Origin: Podarcis filfolensis
Taxonomy: Eukaryota
Strand: one strand, 5' to 3'
Length of the DNA: 64,000 bases
Assembly (NCBI GenBank): GCA_964270895.1
Contig: OZ185435.1
The translations under genes and the position numbers were made by a program. Below are positions 61,197 through 64,000 of the stretch, one piece after another. Positions within the stretch are counted from its first letter, which is position 1. Each line of letters begins with the position of its first letter. The notes under the pieces were generated by a model. It had not been told where the DNA came from and searched no databases. It was given only the letters and a program-made list of their open reading frames with translations.

Positions 61197-64000
61197 TATT
61201 GGCTGTTGATCCATTATCCCAGCTTCTTTCTTTGCCAGGGAGTTTGTCTAATTTTACCATCTTAGGCCCATCTGCACTATACATTTAAAGCACTCATATC
61301 ACTATCATGGATACCCCCAAAGAATCCTGGGAACTGCTGTTTGTTAAAAGTGCTGAAAGTTGTTTAAAAAACTCTGATTTCCCTCACAGAGCTACAGTTC
61401 CCAGAATTCCCTGGGTGAGAGGGGTTGGTTGTTAAATCACTCTGAAAAATGTAGTTCTGAGAGGGGATCTCCTAACAACTCTCTGGATGCAGCCTCAATC
61501 ATACATTATGAAAACAATTCTTTTCTTGCTTTGCAAATATATACTTGGAACTTTAAAACAAACAGTAATGATAGTTGTAGCAGACTGTGTGAAATGCTTA
61601 TGAACAATATTCCTTTCCCTCCTACTTAGCTACATAAGAGTACCAAGGCCCTGGGGGCACTCGGATGAAAAAGAACTTCTATAGAAAATCTGTTTTGTTG
61701 CAGAATGTACTTATTATTATTTGGGAGAAGCCATGACTATGTTTAAACTGTAAATCAAAGTGTAATGCAGCCTAAGGAGTTTAACTGCTAGCACAACCAA
61801 CAACCCTGTGAGGTAGGTCACCCAGTGAGTTTCATGGCTGAGAGGGGATTTGAACCCTCCTCTCCCAGGTCCTAGTCTAACACTCTACCATTACCCCCAC
61901 ACTACATCTAGCAACACCATCTGTACACACCTCTGGCAACAATGAATGTTGTATATAACCCACATGCTATCCCTCCTGAACCAATCAATATACTGTACAT
62001 CTTAAGCAAAGAGTGGAACCACATCTCCCCTATCAATACCATTCACAGGTTTCGAAGGGCTGCCTAATGTTTTCAGATCTCCGAAGCAGCAAAATGGCTT
62101 TCACTGTGCCATCTATCTATCTGTAAATAGGAAAGAAAGAAAGAAAGGATTTGGGTCCTCTTATTGCCGATTAATCCCCATGCTCACTGGCACCACATGC
62201 ACGGATACTTGCCAGCTCTACACACATGCCCAGACAGTGGCACAGACAGTTTCAGGCAAGGCACATTCGAGCTGAAGGTGTCAAAAAGAGCCATTTCATG
62301 CTCGACTTCACTTCCTAATACAGTCCACAGCAAGAGCAGGGAGGTGTGCGTGACTGTGTTTCTTTACATGCAGCCAGTAAGTGTGTGTATAATATAGAGT
62401 ACATTTTGTTCTACTAGCAGCTGGAAGCGGCAGTATTGGGAGTGCAGAAGTGAAAGCGATTGGAACTGCATTTAGCATGCTGTGCTTTGCTTCTCTGCAG
62501 CAGCACCTTGTGAAAAGGGAGCCCGGCTTTTCTTCTGTGACCCACAGCTGGTTTGCACTCATGGCAAATGGTGTGTAGGTGAAGAGGGGCAATAGTTTGT
62601 GTGCATCTGAGGAGGCTGCTGCATCTGCAGCCTTACTTTACACATCAGTTCAACTGGCTGCAATTCAGTTCAGTTCACATTTTAAAACAAAGCTACTTAA
62701 CACACATGTTCCCCGTACAATACATGAATCAAAACACAGCCATGCTTCCAAATTTTCACTTCTTTGAATTTTGCAATGCAGTTCTCCAACCAGGTACAAA
62801 CGTGCATATATTTTGATAAAGTGTTCATAAAAATGCATATATAAGTAAAAATAACATCTCAAAATGGATTTATTTAGGGAACACTGCTTTGCACAGATGT
62901 GTATGTTTGGTAAAACTGCATACAAAATTGTGTAAATTAGGAGAAATTCACATTGAAATGCTGGCAAATTTTCATGAGGATTTCTTTTTTAAACAAACTG
63001 CAAACTAATGTGGAAATATAGAGAATTGCACTTTAGTTTTGAATAATGAGAAACTGAGAGAAACTAAAAGTGATAGGCAATATGTTTGGCAACTAGAATT
63101 TTGATGACTGTGTGTGTCAGCAAAACACTATAGTGCTGATGTACATACTTACAATTGTAGGCATGCCTCAGCCAGTACCCACACAGCTGTTTGTTTATGT
63201 TGCAAATCCTTGTGTTAATGCTAAGAAACACGGGGACAGAGCTTATTCAATATGTATGCATCATCTCAGTATTCAGGGTGGGTTACTCCATGCGATAACA
63301 CATACCTTAGTGAATTTGACCAAAAGCAGGTGCTAGTCAACTTGGAGATCAGTGGGGGAGTTGTCCCACTTTTAGAGGGGTGCCCTCAAAACAACTCATG
63401 TTTATAATTTATTTTTAATGCCTTGTATTTTCAATTTTATTTGTAATATAATATTTCAAATGCTCCATATTTTTTATAAAATGTAGAGCTACATTTTTTA
63501 AAACCAACCAACCAACCAACCCATGCACATAAACCAAAACTATCCAGAACTGGGGCAATACAAGCTCCAAGCATCATTGTCACCTCCCTCCTCCTCTCTC
63601 TAGGAATGTGTCCTACAGGGCAGCTGATGATGGATGTGGCCCTGCAGCAGAGTAGGGAACAGTGCAGATGGAGCAAGAACAAGTTCCTAGGCTTGTCTTC
63701 CACAGCCTCTCTCTCTCCTGGATTTCTTTCTGCAGGACAGTTGGTAGTATGTGACCCAGAGAGAGAGGGGCAGTTCACTTGGCTCCAGATTAGGCACTTA
63801 ATGTTGTCTTAACCTGCCACTGTATCTCTCCTGGATGCCTTCACACAGAGCAGTTGGCAGCAGATGGCCATGAGTGGAAGGGAAATGTCCTGCTGGAGCA
63901 GAAGTATATATCAACAGTCAATTGAGTGTCTTCACACCTTAAGTAATCTCTGTTACCTTTACTTAGCAAACCTTTCCAGTGGAAAACTAGTGATTGTTAG

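Noticed and set aside
1-64000. Prokaryotic-style systems (operons, CRISPR, defence islands) suggested by the dense ORF track
   Set aside because: The sequence is a spliced vertebrate gene with GT-AG exons and vertebrate TEs. Most listed ORFs are short chance frames or antisense TE frames.
31570-64000. Next NRXN3 exon (expected to start EASILSYDGSMY...)
   Set aside because: I found no matching peptide or splice-bounded segment by eye; it presumably lies beyond the window. A tBLASTn would settle this.

Overview
Vertebrate genomic DNA, not a prokaryotic window. The repeat complement (Sauria SINE, Squam-type SINEs, BovB, CR1, L2, L1, Rex1, Penelope) points to a squamate, probably a lacertid lizard (inference). 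The window lies inside the neurexin-3 alpha gene (NRXN3) on the + strand. It holds four coding exons: the alternatively spliced SS2 micro-exon (1196-1219 or 1196-1240), the LNS2 C-terminal exon (3104-3265), and two exons for the LNS2 end, LNS3 and EGF2 (28207-28645, 31186-31569). I did not find the next exon in the remaining 32 kb. The rest is intron filled with transposable elements, several with readable target-site duplications (TSDs). Most entries in the ORF track are spurious or TE-derived. Main observations: (1) five Penelope-type inserts carry minimal, apparently dimer-dependent hammerhead ribozyme motifs, two of them intact on the NRXN3 sense strand and three inserts in fold-back form; (2) a near-identical inverted CR1 pair brackets the two large exons; (3) a dense ACUAAY/TACTAAC cluster lies upstream of SS2; (4) an L1-tailed insert carries an unexplained 120-codon open frame; (5) nested insertions involve L2, L1, CR1 and Penelope. 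All homology calls are from recognition by eye, with no database searches. Repeat boundaries without a TSD are approximate.
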